Of a stretch of DNA of 64,000 nucleotides, positions 39,762 to 51,968 are shown piece after piece. The position numbers and the translations under genes were made by a program. The DNA comes from Octopus vulgaris (lineage: Eukaryota), in the NCBI GenBank assembly GCA_951406725.2, contig OX597826.1:76074001-76138000 (forward strand). Reading direction: 5' to 3'. Each line of letters starts with the position of its first letter. Position 1 is the stretch's first letter. Below the pieces are notes generated by a model that was given only the letters and a program-made list of their open reading frames with translations, searched no databases and was not told the DNA's origin.

Positions 39762-40959
39762 TCAGGTCATCCCATAAGTTCTGTCCGATTTTACTGTTTT
39801 TAAAATTGAATGAAATTTAATACTATTTTAGAATGTCTAATGGAATTAAAAATGATTTTTATGCATTTGTGTACATTTAAACTAATTAAATATTATTTTA
39901 CAGAATAATAGAATTAAAAGTTCTTTGATTAAAACCATTTCTAACATGGAAGTATCCAAAGAGCATTTGGGGCACATAATACTTTATGAGTACAAAAAAG
40001 GAAACTCTGCAGCCGAAGCGACTCAAAACATACTCTCAGTTTATGGGAAAGAAGGCTTGAATGAAAGAACTTGCAGAAGATGGTTTGCAAAATTCAGAAG
40101 TGGAGATTTCAACCTTAAAGATGAAGATAGAACAGGACGTCCAGTTGAGTTTGATGATAAGCTCCTTGAGGCATTACTTGAAGAAAATCCTGCATTATCA
40201 GTTGAAGAATTGGGAATAAAGCTTAGTTTAAACCATTCAACTGTTCATCGTCATCTTCAACTTTGAAAGGTTTCTAAACTTGGAAAATGGGTGCCTCATG
40301 AATTGTCCGAAAGCAACCGCAAATCCCGAGTTGACATCTGCTCCTCTCTCCATTCTCGCGAACTCATTTCACCCTTTTTGGATAGACTTGTGACTGGTGA
40401 CGAAAAATGGATCTTCTATTGAAATGTTAAACATCGTAAACAGTGGCTTGGTAAAAGGGAAAAGGCTCAACCACAACCAAGAAAGAAACTTCATGGGAAA
40501 AAAGGTTCTTCTCTCTATCTGGTGGGATTGCAAAGGAGTAATTCCATTTGAATTGTTACCACCTAATGCAACAATCTACTCTCAGCAATTAGAGCGTTTG
40601 AACCAAGCTTTGAAGAAAAAAAGACCCACTTTAGTGAATTGAAAAGGAGTGATGTTTCATCAGGACAATGCGTGACCCCACACTGAAAAGATCACATCAC
40701 AGAAGATAGAAGAGCTTGGTTAGGAAAAAAATTCCTCAACCACCTTATCCTCCCGACCTTGCTCCTTCAGACTATGTTTCGTAGAATCATTTGGGGGACA
40801 TAATTTTCACAAGCCAGGATGAGGTTGAAACTGGCATTTCAGAGTTCTTCGCTTTGAAACCAAGAGTTTTACATTGATGATTAAACTTAAATTAAATATA
40901 ACATTTGATCACTAGTTTTCTTTATTCGAAATTCGGACAAAACTTATGGGATGACCTGA
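39762..40959 (+). mobile_element. Full-length defective mariner transposon; transposase pseudogene starts at 39946
   Basis: TIRs TCAGGTCATCCCATAAGTTCTGTCCGA / TCGGACAAAACTTATGGGATGACCTGA, TA TSD; WVPHEL, TGDEKW, HQDNA and PDLAPSDY motifs with stops and frameshifts. Confidence 0.95.
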
Positions 40960-41801
40960 TATAATAGACATGTAGCTACGAAGTTCACTCAACAATGACA
41001 AGATTCTGGGATCAAATACACTGCACAGCACCTTCAGTAAGTCACATCTACTCAAGCTGTGGGTTGACTGAAGTCTTGAAGAGAATTTGGTAGTCAGAAT
41101 CTGAGCACTGTGTGTGTGTGTGTAAACATTGTGCGCCTTCATTTCAAAAGGTAACATTTCAAAAGTCATTTCATAAAACAAGTCTCTGGAGTTCTTACAT
41201 TCAACTTAAATCCTTGAGAGCAGTTCCAAGTCATGGCTGAAGTCCAATGAGTGAAACCAGCAAAAGAATAATCGTTTCTCCATAGACTACAGGAATTTAT
41301 GAATCTAAAGTTTAGTTGTGGGTCCTATTGAACTCTAAAGGACTCTGTGATCTTGACTAATGCCCCAGTTAAGGTTACAACTAGTCCGTACAAAAACAAT
41401 GCATGCTCATGTAGAACTAATAGGGGTTGCGGGGAAACAATAGCAGCTACACACACACACACACAACTATTTAGTATAGGTCTGCTTTCCATGTTGGCAT
41501 GGGTTGGATAATTTGACCAGAGCTGGCAAGGCTGGAGAGCTGCACCAGGCTCCAGTCTGATTTGGCATGGTTTCTACAGCTAGATGCCCTTCCTAAAGCC
41601 AACACACTTTACAGTGTGGCACCAGCACAAGCGCTTTTAATTGGCACCAACATAAGTGCTTCTCACAAATGACAACAACAACACAGGACTCATACAGGCC
41701 AACCCGCTTTATCAGGTGGAGTGGCCTTAATACTTCTGCTGTGCAGAATGAGTGTTCTTGAGGACAGCAAGATGCCAGGTATCTCCTGTGTGCGTGTGTG
41801 T

Positions 41802-42100
41802 GAAGGCACATGGCTTAGTGGTTAAGGTGTTGCATTCATGATTGCAAGATCGTGGGTTCAATTCCCAGACCGGGCGTTGCGTTGTGTTCTTGAGCAAAGC
41901 ACTTCATTTCACATTGCTCTGCAATCATTTCGACACCTGACATGTGGCACATAGTGCATCTGTACAGGTAATGTCGATCTGATGGAGGGAGTGAGCTTAT
42001 GTCTACACAAACATTTGATCACTAAAAACAAATCATGTTGTGTGGTTGTTTGGTAAGAAACTGTCGAATTCTTATGCGTCATCTAACAACAGGAGAGTCC
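41802..42100 (+). mobile_element. tRNA-derived SINE
   Basis: TGGCTTAGTGG A box and GGTTCAATTCC B box; related head at 36361. Confidence 0.75.
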
Positions 42101-42359
42101 ATTTTATACATAGTCAACAGGTAAGATCCTGAGACTTGAACTTACACTCAAATGATTTGAACTCACACTCTGAAGAATCCATTGAGGACTAAGTCCCTGG
42201 GTTAAAAAAGTGGCAGTAAGAGGAATCCAGGAGAGCTGATATGGAGAGTGATGCAAATAAACATGATGGGCTTCGTATATAAAATATACATACATATACA
42301 CATGTAAATATAAAGAAAGAGAAACAAAAACTTAAAATATCCAGAAGAGGAACACTCGT

Positions 42360-42701
42360 GTAAAAGCTGGCTTCCGTGCCAGTGCAGTGGCACGTAAAAG
42401 GGCACCATTCGAGCGTGATCGTTACCAACGTCGCCTTACTGGCACCTGCGCTAGTGACATGTGTAAAAGGATTCGAGCAAGGTCGTTGCCAGTACCGCCT
42501 GACTGGCCCCCGTGCCGGTGGCGCGTAAAAAGCACCCACTACACTCTCGGAGTTGTTGGCGTTAGGAAGGGCATCCAGCTGTAGAAACTCTGCCAGATCA
42601 AGATTGGAGCCTGGTGCAGCCATCTCGTTCGCCAATCCTCAGTCAAATCGTCCAACCCATGCTAGCATGGAAAGCAGACGTTAAACGATGATGATGATGA
42701 T
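42360..42701 (+). mobile_element. RTE 3'-UTR fragment with hairpin units and (GAT)n tail
   Basis: Matches 51900-52131; an inverted copy lies at about 43957-44235. Confidence 0.8.
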
Positions 42702-42894
42702 ATTTATATAATTACAGAACAAATTTACATGGAGTACAACAAATAGGGAAAACTAAGGGAAGAGGACATTACCAACTTTGGCCATTATCAGTTCCCAGAG
42801 ATTCTGGCTGTCATTCTTTATTTAATTAGCTGCCATCTCTCGTGTATACGGTTTGGTTATTTATAACTGGAGCGATTGAGCAACAACAACATCA

Positions 42895-43002
<108 letters not shown>

Positions 43003-46000
43003 TTAATCTCAAATTGAAGATGGAAAATAATCAGACGGAAACTGAAAGAAGCCCGTCGTATATATGTATATATATATATGTATGTGTGTGTATATGTTTG
43101 TGTGTCTGTGTTTGTCCCCCTAGCATTGCTTGACAACCGATGCTGGTGTGTTTATGTCCCCATCACTTAGCGGTTCGGCAAAAGAGACCAATAGAATAAG
43201 TACTGGGCTTACAAAAGAATAAGTCCCAGGGTCGATTTGCTCGATTAAAGGTGGTGCTCCAGCATGGGCGCAGTCAAATGACTGAAACAAGTAAAAGAGA
43301 GAGGTAATTATTTCAGAAGACGATGTTTTAGTTCTGCTGCCCACAGAACAATTCTATAAAAGATTCAAACACAGTACATTGCCATTATTTTACTAAATCT
43401 AAGACGATGGAAGAGAATCCCAATGTACGGCTGTGTGGTTAAGGAGCTTGTTTTGCAAATATGGTTTCAGGTTCAGTCCCACAGTGCGGGTGGGCAGAAA
43501 CTGTGGGGAAGCCCATTAGGTGTGTGTGTGTCCGTGTTTGTCCACTGCCACTGCTTGACAATTTAGTGTTGGTTTGATTATGTCCCCATAAGTGAGCTGC
43601 TCAGCAAAGAAATTGATAGGAGAAGTACTAAACTCAGCATTAATTACTGGGGTTGATTCCTTTGACTAAACCCATGAAGACGGTGCCCCAACATGGCACA
43701 TAAAAGGTAAAAAGTATATGAATTAAGTGGTTAGGGCATTTGGCTCAGGACCATAACGCTGTGGGTTCGATTTCTGAACAAGGCAGAGGGTTGTGTTTTT
43801 TAAACAAGTTACTTCCAGCCTATTCAATTGTAAGGAGTACCAGCTAAGTGCAGGTGCAGCCCCCACCTCTCTCTCTCCTTCCAGATGTCACATCTGAGAT
43901 GTGCTTTTTGGTACGAAGGCTGAGAGGGTATCTGTCTGCTCTCAACTATATGGGCACATCATCATCATCGTTTAACGTCCGCTTTCCATGCTAGCATGGG
44001 TTGGACAATTTGACCAAGGACTGGCGAACTAGATGGCTGAGCCAGGCTCCAATCTGATCTGGCAGAGTTTCTATAGCTGGATGACCTTTCTAATGCCAAC
44101 CACTCCGAGAGTGTAGTGGGTGCTTTTAAAGTGCTACCGGTATGCGGGCCAGTCTGGCGGTACTGGCAACGGCCACGCTCGAAAATGGTGTTTTTTTACG
44201 AGCCACCTGCACAGGAGCCAGTTCAGCAACCATGGTACACGTTAGCAAGCCATACAGACTCACAAGCAAAAGCTGATTGTGCTGCACTGTACTTTTCCCA
44301 TAGGTGGATTATATTGAAGAATACCATGAGGATGATGATCAATGGCTGGATGAACTCAAGAATGGGGCAGAGGTAAATCACCATCATCATTGTTTAAGGT
44401 TCACTTTCCATGTTTGCATGGGACAGATAACTATTGCTGAGGCAGGTTTTCTGCAGCCAGGTGCTCATCTTTTTATGAACGCTCACCTGTTGCTAAGCGA
44501 TATTTCCCGTGGCTGACATGTTTCTGATGCAAGACTAGAAACGAACATTATCCCATGATGTTAAGACAAGGGTACGCACAATGGGCTTCTTTTAGTTTCC
44601 ATCCACCAAATCCACTCACAAGGCTTTGATTGGCCCTGGGCTAGAGAAGGTACCTGCCACACAGTGAGATTGAACCCAAGGCCTCATGGTTAAGAAGCAA
44701 GCTTTCCAACCTCAGAATCACACCTGTGTTGAGCCACATGACTATGTCTATACCTATACTATATACTACTACCCAACCAATTTTGAATAACTCAATCTTA
44801 TTCAACATCTTAGACAAGATTTGAACCCTGAAGTATCAGATTAGATATTATAAAACAATCCCTCCACAAGACACATAGAGCCAATGAGGGAGTCCCCTCT
44901 ATGATGGACCAATTTATTATAAACAGCAGTCAAGTCTTCCCCTGAATCACACTCTACTCTGTGTATTAACACAGGAAGGAACAATTTTAAACAGTGTAGT
45001 CCTTGAAAGCCCCAAAACAATTTAAATGATCTGGATTGAATGATTTCTGATCAAAGGTTTGCTCAATTGAGCTGGCAGAAACGTTACCGCGCCGGGCGAA
45101 ATGTGTAGCCGTATTTCGTCTGCCGTTACGTTCTGTGTTCAAATTCCACCGAGGTCGACTTTGCCTTTCATCCTTTCGGGGTCGATAAATTAAGTACCAG
45201 TTTCACACTGGGGTCGATATAATCGACTTAATCCATTTGTCTGTCCTTGTTTGTCCCCTCTGTGTTTAGCTCCTTGTGGGTAGTAAAGAAATATATATAA
45301 CACTTCCTTTTGTTTTAATTAGTATTTCTGAAAAACGTGGATATTTGCATACAGAACAAACTTCACCGCTGCTCAGACAGTCAGTCTTCTTGCAATTAAC
45401 CATTCAGCTGTAAACTAAGTACTTTTTCTTCTTTTTTTTTTTGTTAATGAGCAGACTGAAGCAGATTAAATATACTTTGTCTCATAAACAATGGCAGAAT
45501 TTGTTCCGAGTTCCTGACCTCAAAGTCAATAGTCCATCGCATTAATCTCTTTATTGCCAGCTTAAAGTATTTAGATCTTAACTTCTTACAAAGCCACAAA
45601 CCATTTTGCAAATATGAAAGTATAGTTAAAAAATATAATAAACTATTCCAAGGAATGCCACTAGTTGACTGATGGGGTCTGCTTAATTAACTGTTCCCCT
45701 ATTAGAAACCATTATTATAACCATCTGTGCATATAAAAAGCACCTGGTATACTCTGTTTGGTGTTAGGAAGAGCATCTAGTTGTAGAAACCTTGTAAAAA
45801 CAGACAGAACCTGGCATGGATCCTGTCAAACCAACAACCCTATGCCAACATGGTAAACAAACATTGATGATATACATATATGAAATGAAAAGCAATTTCA
45901 TCTGAGCATGTGGCTGGCTTTGAATAAATCCACTCACAAGGCTTTAGTCAGCCCGAGGCTACAGAAGACACTTGCCCAAGGAAGTATGCAGTGGGACTGA

Positions 46001-47342
46001 ACCTGGAACAATGTAGTTAGGAAGCAAGTTTCTTACCACACAGCCACAGTATGTTGGGAAATGTCATATATGTGATTTGACCATTTAGCGTTTAAACGAG
46101 CCATGTTCAACCTAAATATTCCGATTGTTCTATGTTCAAACTGGTCACAGTTGGCCTCTCACACCTAGCCTACAATGTCATTCTAAGAGTAAACAATCAC
46201 ATCATGAAAATCTCGAAGCCACAAGGTAATGTATGACTGATGCAAAACAATGGGAATAAATAAGCAACATGTTCGACAGAATCATTGTGGCACTCCATCA
46301 GTTACAACGACGAGGGTTCCAGTTAATCCAATCAACGGAACAGCCTCTCTTGAAATTAACGTGCAAGTGGCTGAGCACTCCACAGACATGTGTACCCTTA
46401 ACGTAGTTCTTGAGTAAATTCAGCGTGACACAGAGTGTGACAGGGCTGGCCCTTTGAAATACAGGTACAACAGAAGCAGGAAGAAAGAGCAAGAGAAAGT
46501 CGGAGCCTTGTGAAGCTTTAAGTGTTTTTGCTCAATAAACACTCACAACGCCTGGTCTGGGAATCGAAACCACTTCTATAGAATAATCTGGATGCTAAGG
46601 GGTTGAGTTTGGCTGACTGGTAAACAGTCTCCAAACCAACTTTATTGTGGAGTATGGAGGCATGGAGATGTGGAAAACAACTTCACTAACAACAACATTT
46701 CTTACAAGGCCTTAACATCCCATCCATGCTCACCTGATGAAGTGAACCAAAATAATTTTGTTGTTCTTTGTCATTTGTGGCCATGCTGGAGCACTGCCTT
46801 GAAGAATTCTAGTCAAATGAATCAACCCCCACCCCAGTACTTTCCTTGTTTTAAACTCGGTACTAATTCAATCGCTAAGTTACAGGCCAATGGCAGTTGC
46901 CAAATGGGGGTGGGAAACAAATACACACTCATATATACAGAGTATATATGATGGGCTTCTTTCAGTTTCCATCTACCAAATCCACTCACAAGACCTTAGT
47001 CAACCTGAAGCTAAGGTAGAAGATACCTGCTCAAGGTGTCACATAGTGGGACTGAACCTGGAACCAGGCGGTTAGGAAGCAAACGTCTTAGTACAGAGCT
47101 AAATATTTTCTTTTCAGTGCAATATGCAATTTCTGTGTCAACCTTGGACCAAGACCTGGAGTATCACTACTGGTTCATTTTTCCACACCAGCTTAGGACA
47201 GACACTATTTATTTGTATCTGAGCAAGATGAAACTAATTTTGCTGAAGGCTTCACTCAAAGGAAAAGTTATAAACTTTAATAACAAGGGTTTAGGACATT
47301 ATTTACATTTGACGGATATTTGTCCTCGTCTTGTTTGTTGCT

Positions 47343-47388
47343 GACACAGCGTTTCGGCTGATATACCCTCCAGCCTTCATCAGGTGTC
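47343..47388 (-). ncRNA. Minimal hammerhead motif with mutated cleavage triplet, sense strand in RBX1 intron 2
   Basis: GACAC-CTGATGA-A-GGCTG(GAGGGTATAT)CAGCC-GAAA-CG-CT-GTGTC; U16.1 is replaced by C. Confidence 0.72.
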
Positions 47389-47451
47389 TTAGGGGAAATT
47401 TCGAACCTTGGTTCTCATTCCTAAGGTATTTTTTGATGTTGTTGTTATTAC

Positions 47452-47484
<33 letters not shown>

Positions 47485-47778
47485 TCACGTCTCTGCTTGG
47501 AATCGAACTCAGAATCTTGGGGTTAGGAATTTTAGTATATTTTTTTTATTTCAGTTTGAAATTTCAAATTGGTTAGACTAAAATTTGAAGGCAGAAAATA
47601 CCACATTAAAATATATTTTTACACGTGAAACTGAATAAATAATAATAATAATAATAAAAACGAATTTGGATTCAAATAATAAAACACCAAATTTTATTTT
47701 ATTGATTGTATTGATGAGATTTGACATATGAAGAACATTTGATTTGAGGAAGGAAAACAAAAACCCCACAATACTCAC

Positions 47779-47806
47779 CCCAGGCCCATAAAGCTACAGC
47801 ATTCCA
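47779..47806 (-). CDS. RBX1: RBX1 exon 2, 28-nt micro-exon
   Basis: tttcag|TGG AAT GCT GTA GCT TTA TGG GCC TGG G|gtgagt = WNAVALWAW(D). Confidence 0.95.
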
Positions 47807-48144
47807 CTGAAATGAGAATTTTCATGATTTAGTTAAATAGTTAAAATTGGGTACACTGGTAATAAAAGATTATTATTATTTTTAGATTATCATCATTTTC
47901 ACGTCTGTTTTCCAATGGTTTGGAACTATTTGTTTTTGAACTGTTATAAAAAAATTCAAAGTTTATTAAAAGGTACCAGGGTAATATACCAGGCTGCAAA
48001 GAAGGTCCTGTTGCATTTTTGATAGGATTACTTTGAAGACACTATTTCAGTACTTGCTGTAAAATAAACATCAATTTTTTTCCATTCTAATGTGTTTTTT
48101 TTTTTTTTTCATTCTTTGCAGATTACTTTACACCATAGTATACT

Positions 48145-48507
48145 CTTTTACTTGATTCAGTCATTTGACTGCGGCCATGCTGGAGCACCACCTTTAGTCA
48201 AGCAAATCGACCCCAGGACTTATTCTTTGTAAGCATAGTGTTTATTCTATTGGTCTCTTTTGCCGAACTGCTAAGTTACGAGGGACGTAAACACACCAGC
48301 ATCGGTTGTCAAGTGGTGGTGGAGAGGAGAAACACAAACACATAAATACACACACATATATACATACGATGGGCTTCTTTCAGTTTCCATCCACCAAATC
48401 CACTTACAAGGCTATAGTAGAAGACACTTGCACAAGGTGCCATGTAGTGGGACTGAACCTGGAACCATGTGGTTCGTAAGCAAGCTACTTACCACAAAGC
48501 CACTCCT
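48145..48507 (-). mobile_element. Full-length SINE family A
   Basis: Reverse complement of the element at 57028-57440. Confidence 0.85.
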
Positions 48508-48832
48508 TAAAAGTATTTGTTCTGCCCATGAAATGATGTTTTAAGTGTCCAGACATGCTAATGATGGTTTGCCCAGTTTTACTTGCAAAATTTTTTTCTT
48601 GCAGACTCTCCTCTATCTAGATGACCAAATTCTGTCAATATTGAGCTTGTTGGACATGCTGGTCATGTCCAACGACATGGTCATGTTGGACGACATGCTG
48701 GGGGCTTCCACGGCGTACATGGAGGCTATGGCTCTGGTTCCCGCAACGAGGAGGGAACCAGGCTGCTGGAGTTCTGCAATGCAAATAATCTTATGATTTG
48801 CAACACTAACTTCAGGAAACCTACCAGCCACC

Positions 48833-51271
48833 TACCGATCGGGCCAACATACCAGCCAAATTGACTACATCCTTGCCAGGCAAAGGGAGAGATGGCTACT
48901 TATAAATGCCAAAACCTTCCCAGGCGAAGAATGCGCCCCACAACATAGACTGGTAGTTAGTGACTTTAGGATCAGGAGTAGGAGGACAACCAGAAGACGA
49001 CCAACATGGAGAAGAAGGATCTGGAAGCTTAAGGATCCTGTGAATGGACAGAGATTTAGAGACATGTTACTTGAAGCCTTTGACGAAGTAGAAGGGGATA
49101 GTGTATCACATGGGGTAGAGGACAACTGGACGTTTCTAAGGGACAACCTGCTGAGAGCCACTGACCAGATCTGTGGCTGGTGCAAAGTCCCCTCTCGTCC
49201 CAAGGTAACGTGGTGGTGGAACAGTGTCGTAGACAGGGCTATTAGAGAAAAGAGACTGATTTGGAAGCACTGGAAGAATGGTGGTAGCAGGGAATTGTAT
49301 CAGACTGCTAAAAGGGAAGCTAGGAGACAGGTCTATCTAGCCAGAGGGGAAGCAGATAAGAAAAAATTTGCCAATGTTCTGCGCCGTGAGGACCAAAGAC
49401 TGGAGGTGTTTCGCGTTGCAAGACAGTGTGTGAGAGAGAATTGTGATGTGGTGGGAGAGAAGTGTGTTCGCATGGAAGATGGTTCACTTGCGCTAAACGA
49501 GGATGCAAAGAGAGAGGCTTGGAGACGCCACTATGAAAGGTTGCTGAATAAAGAAAATGAATGGGATAAAGAGAGTCTGCCGAACGTTGACCCAACAGAG
49601 GGACCAGCTATCAGGGTTGATAGTTCCTTAGTAGCTAAGGCAATTAGAAGCATGAAGACAGGGAAAGCCCCAGGCCCATCAGGTATCACTGCAGAGATGC
49701 TCAAAATATCTGGTAGTGTCGGCTATAGCCTAGTCACCTGTATAGTTAATCAGGTGATACATGAAGGAGTCATACCCAATGACTGGTGTAGCAGCATAAT
49801 AGTCAACTGCTACAAAGGTAAAGGTGATGCCCTAGATACAAATAATTACAGAGGTATCAAGCTGTTGGATCAGGTGATGAAGGTTACAGAGAGGGTCATA
49901 AGCCAACTAATTAGAGAGAGAGTTAGTTTAGATGAGATGCAGTTTGGTTTCGTGCCAGGGAAAAGTACCACTGATGCTATATTCCTGGTAAGGCAGCTGC
50001 AGGAGAAATACCTAGCCAAAGATAAGCCCTTGTACCTGGCTTTTGTTGACATGGAGAAAGCCTTCGACAGGGTCCCCCGATCCCTCATATGGTGGTCAAT
50101 GAGGAAACTAGGAATAGAAGAATGGTTAGTGAGAGCTGTGCAAGCCATGTACAGGGACGCTGCTAGTAAGGTGAGGGTTGGAAATGAGTACAGTGAAGAA
50201 TTCCGGGTAGAGGTAGGGGTCCACCAAGGCTCAGTCCTCAGCCCCCTCCTATTTATCATAGTCCTCCAGGCAATAACGGAGGAATTCAAGACAGGATGCC
50301 CCTGGGAGCTCCTCTATGCTGATGACCTTGCTCTAATTGCTGAGTCATTATCAGAACTGGAGAAGAAGTTTCAGGTGTGGAAGCATGGTTTAGAATCGAA
50401 GGGCCTTAGAGTCAACCTAGCTAAAACCAAAGTCGTAATAAGTAGGAAGGTAGACAAATCACAAACGCCTTCAGGTAGATGGCCCTGCTCGATCTGTAGA
50501 AAAGGTGTAGGTAGAAACTCTATAAGATGCACCAAGTGTAAGCTATGGACACATAAGAGGTGCAGCAATGTCATAGGAAGGCTAACTAGGAAGATGGTTT
50601 TTGTATGTGGCAGATGCTCGGGAGCATTAACCTCTGAAAATCTGCAGAAAACAATTTCCGTCACTTTCCAGGGGGAAAAACTAGAAGTAGTTGATAGCTT
50701 CCGTTATCTTGGTGACCAAGTCAGTAGTGGGGGTGGGTGTGCTGAAAGTGTAACGGCTAGAGTAAGAATAGCCTGGGCAAAGTTTAGGGAGCTCTTACCT
50801 CTGTTGGTGACTAAAGGCCTCTCGCTCAGAGTAAAAGGCAGACTGTATGATGCATGTGTACGAACAGCCATGCTACATGGCAGTGAAACATGGGCCGTGA
50901 CTGCTGAGGACATGCGTAAGCTCGCGAGAAATGAAGCTAGTATGCTCCGTTGGATGTGTAATGTCAGTGTTCATAGTCGACAGAGTGTAAGTACCTTGAG
51001 AGAAAAGTTGGACCTAAGAGGCATCAGATGTTGTGTGCAAGAGAGACGATTGCGCTGGTATGGCCATGTGGTGAGAATGGATGAAGATAGGTGTGTGAAA
51101 AAGTGCCACACCCTGGCAGTTGAGGGGACCTGTGGAAGAGGTAGACCCAGGAAAACCTGGGTCGAGGTGGTGAAGCACGACCTTCGAACTCTAGGTCTCA
51201 CCAAGGAAATGACCAGAGACCGAGTCCTATGGAAGTATGCTGTGCGTGAGAAGACCCGGCAAGACCAGTGA
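48833..51271 (+). CDS. RTE ORF remnant: APE C-terminus, reverse transcriptase and PHD-like zinc finger; no native start
   Basis: Open frame from YRSGQHTSQIDYIL through QFGF, AFVDMEKAFD, GVHQGSVLSP, YADD and FRYLG to TGA; a frameshift near 48833 separates it from the upstream APE codons. Confidence 0.85.
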   Translation, partial: YRSGQHTSQIDYILARQRERWLLINAKTFPGEECAPQHRLVVSDFRIRSRRTTRRRPTWRRRIWKLKDPVNGQRFRDMLLEAFDEVEGDSVSHGVEDNWTFLRDNLLRATDQICGWCKVPSRPKVTWWWNSVVDRAIREKRLIWKHWKNGGSRELYQTAKREARRQVYLARGEADKKKFANVLRREDQRLEVFRVARQCVRENCDVVGEKCVRMEDGSLALNEDAKREAWRRHYERLLNKENEWDKESLPNVDPTEGPAIRVDSSLVAKAIRSMKTGKAPGPSGITAEMLKISGSVGYSLVTCIVNQVIHEGVIPNDWCSSIIVNCYKGKGDALDTNNYRGIKLLDQVMKVTERVISQLIRERVSLDEMQFGFVPGKSTTDAIFLVRQLQEKYLAKDKPLYLAFVDMEKAFDRVPRSLIWWSMRKLGIEEWLVRAVQAMYRDAASKVRVGNEYSEEFRVEVGVHQGSVLSPLLFIIVLQAITEEFKTGCPWELLYADDLALIAESLSELEKKFQVWKHGLESKGLRVNLAKTKVVISRKVDKSQTPSGRWPCSICRKGVGRNSIRCTKCKLWTHKRCSNVIGRLTRKMVFVCGRCSGALTSENLQKTISVTFQGEKLEVVDSFRYLGDQVSSGGGCAESVTARVRIAWAKFRELLPLLVTKGLSLRVKGRLYDACVRTAMLHGSETWAVTAEDMRKLARNEASMLRWMCNVSVHSRQSVSTLREKLDLRGIRCCVQERRLRWYGHVVRMDEDRCVKKCHTLAVEGTCGRGRPRKTWVEVVKHDLRTLGLTKEMTRDRVLWKYAVREKTRQDQ

Positions 51272-51317
51272 GAACAATCAAAATCAAATAATATATCAGA
51301 AAGCAGGGGTTAAGTGA

Positions 51318-51968
51318 CCCATCCGTTCGTGTCCGCTGTCAGCCTCGTCTGGTACCCGTGCCGGTGATACGTAAAAGCACCATTCGCTCATGGCCGTTTG
51401 CCAGCTCTGCCTGGCCCCGTGTTGGTGGCACGTAAAAGCACCATCCGTTCGTGTTCGTTGCCAGCCTCGCCTGGCCCCGTGCCGGTGACACGTAAAAGCA
51501 CCATCCGTTCGTGGCCGTTTGCCAGCTCTGTCTGGCCCCGTGTCGGTGGCACGTAAAAGCACCATCCGTTCGTGGCCGTTTGCCAGCTCTGTCTGGCCCC
51601 GTGTCGGTGGCACGTAAAAGCACCATCCGTCCGTGTCCGTTGCCAGTGACACGTAAAAGCACCGTCCGCTCGTGGCAGTTTGCCAGCTCTGTCTGGCAAC
51701 CGTGTCGGTGGCACGTAAAAGCACCATCCGTTCGCGTCCGTTGCCAGCCTCGGCTGGCCCCCGTGCCGGTGACACGTAAAAGCACCGTCCGTTCGTGGCC
51801 GGTTGCCAGCTCTGTCTGGCCCCGTGTCGGTGGCACGTAAAAGCACCATCCGTTCATGTCCGTTGCCAGCATCGCCTGGCCCTGTGCCGGTGACACGTAA
51901 AAGCACCATCCGTTCGTGGCCATTCGCCAGCTATGTCTGGCACCTGTGCAGGTGGCACGTAAAAAACA
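51318..51968 (+). repeat. Array of 11 twin-hairpin units of about 60 bp in the LINE 3' UTR
   Basis: Unit CCATCCGTTCGTGKCCGTT(T)GCCAG-loop-CTGGC-CC-CGTGYC(GGT)GRCACG-TAAAAGCA. Confidence 0.92.

Noticed and set aside
51296-51968. CRISPR-like array or repeat-protein ORFs
   Set aside because: No unique spacers and no cas genes; it is the tandem 3' UTR of a eukaryotic LINE.
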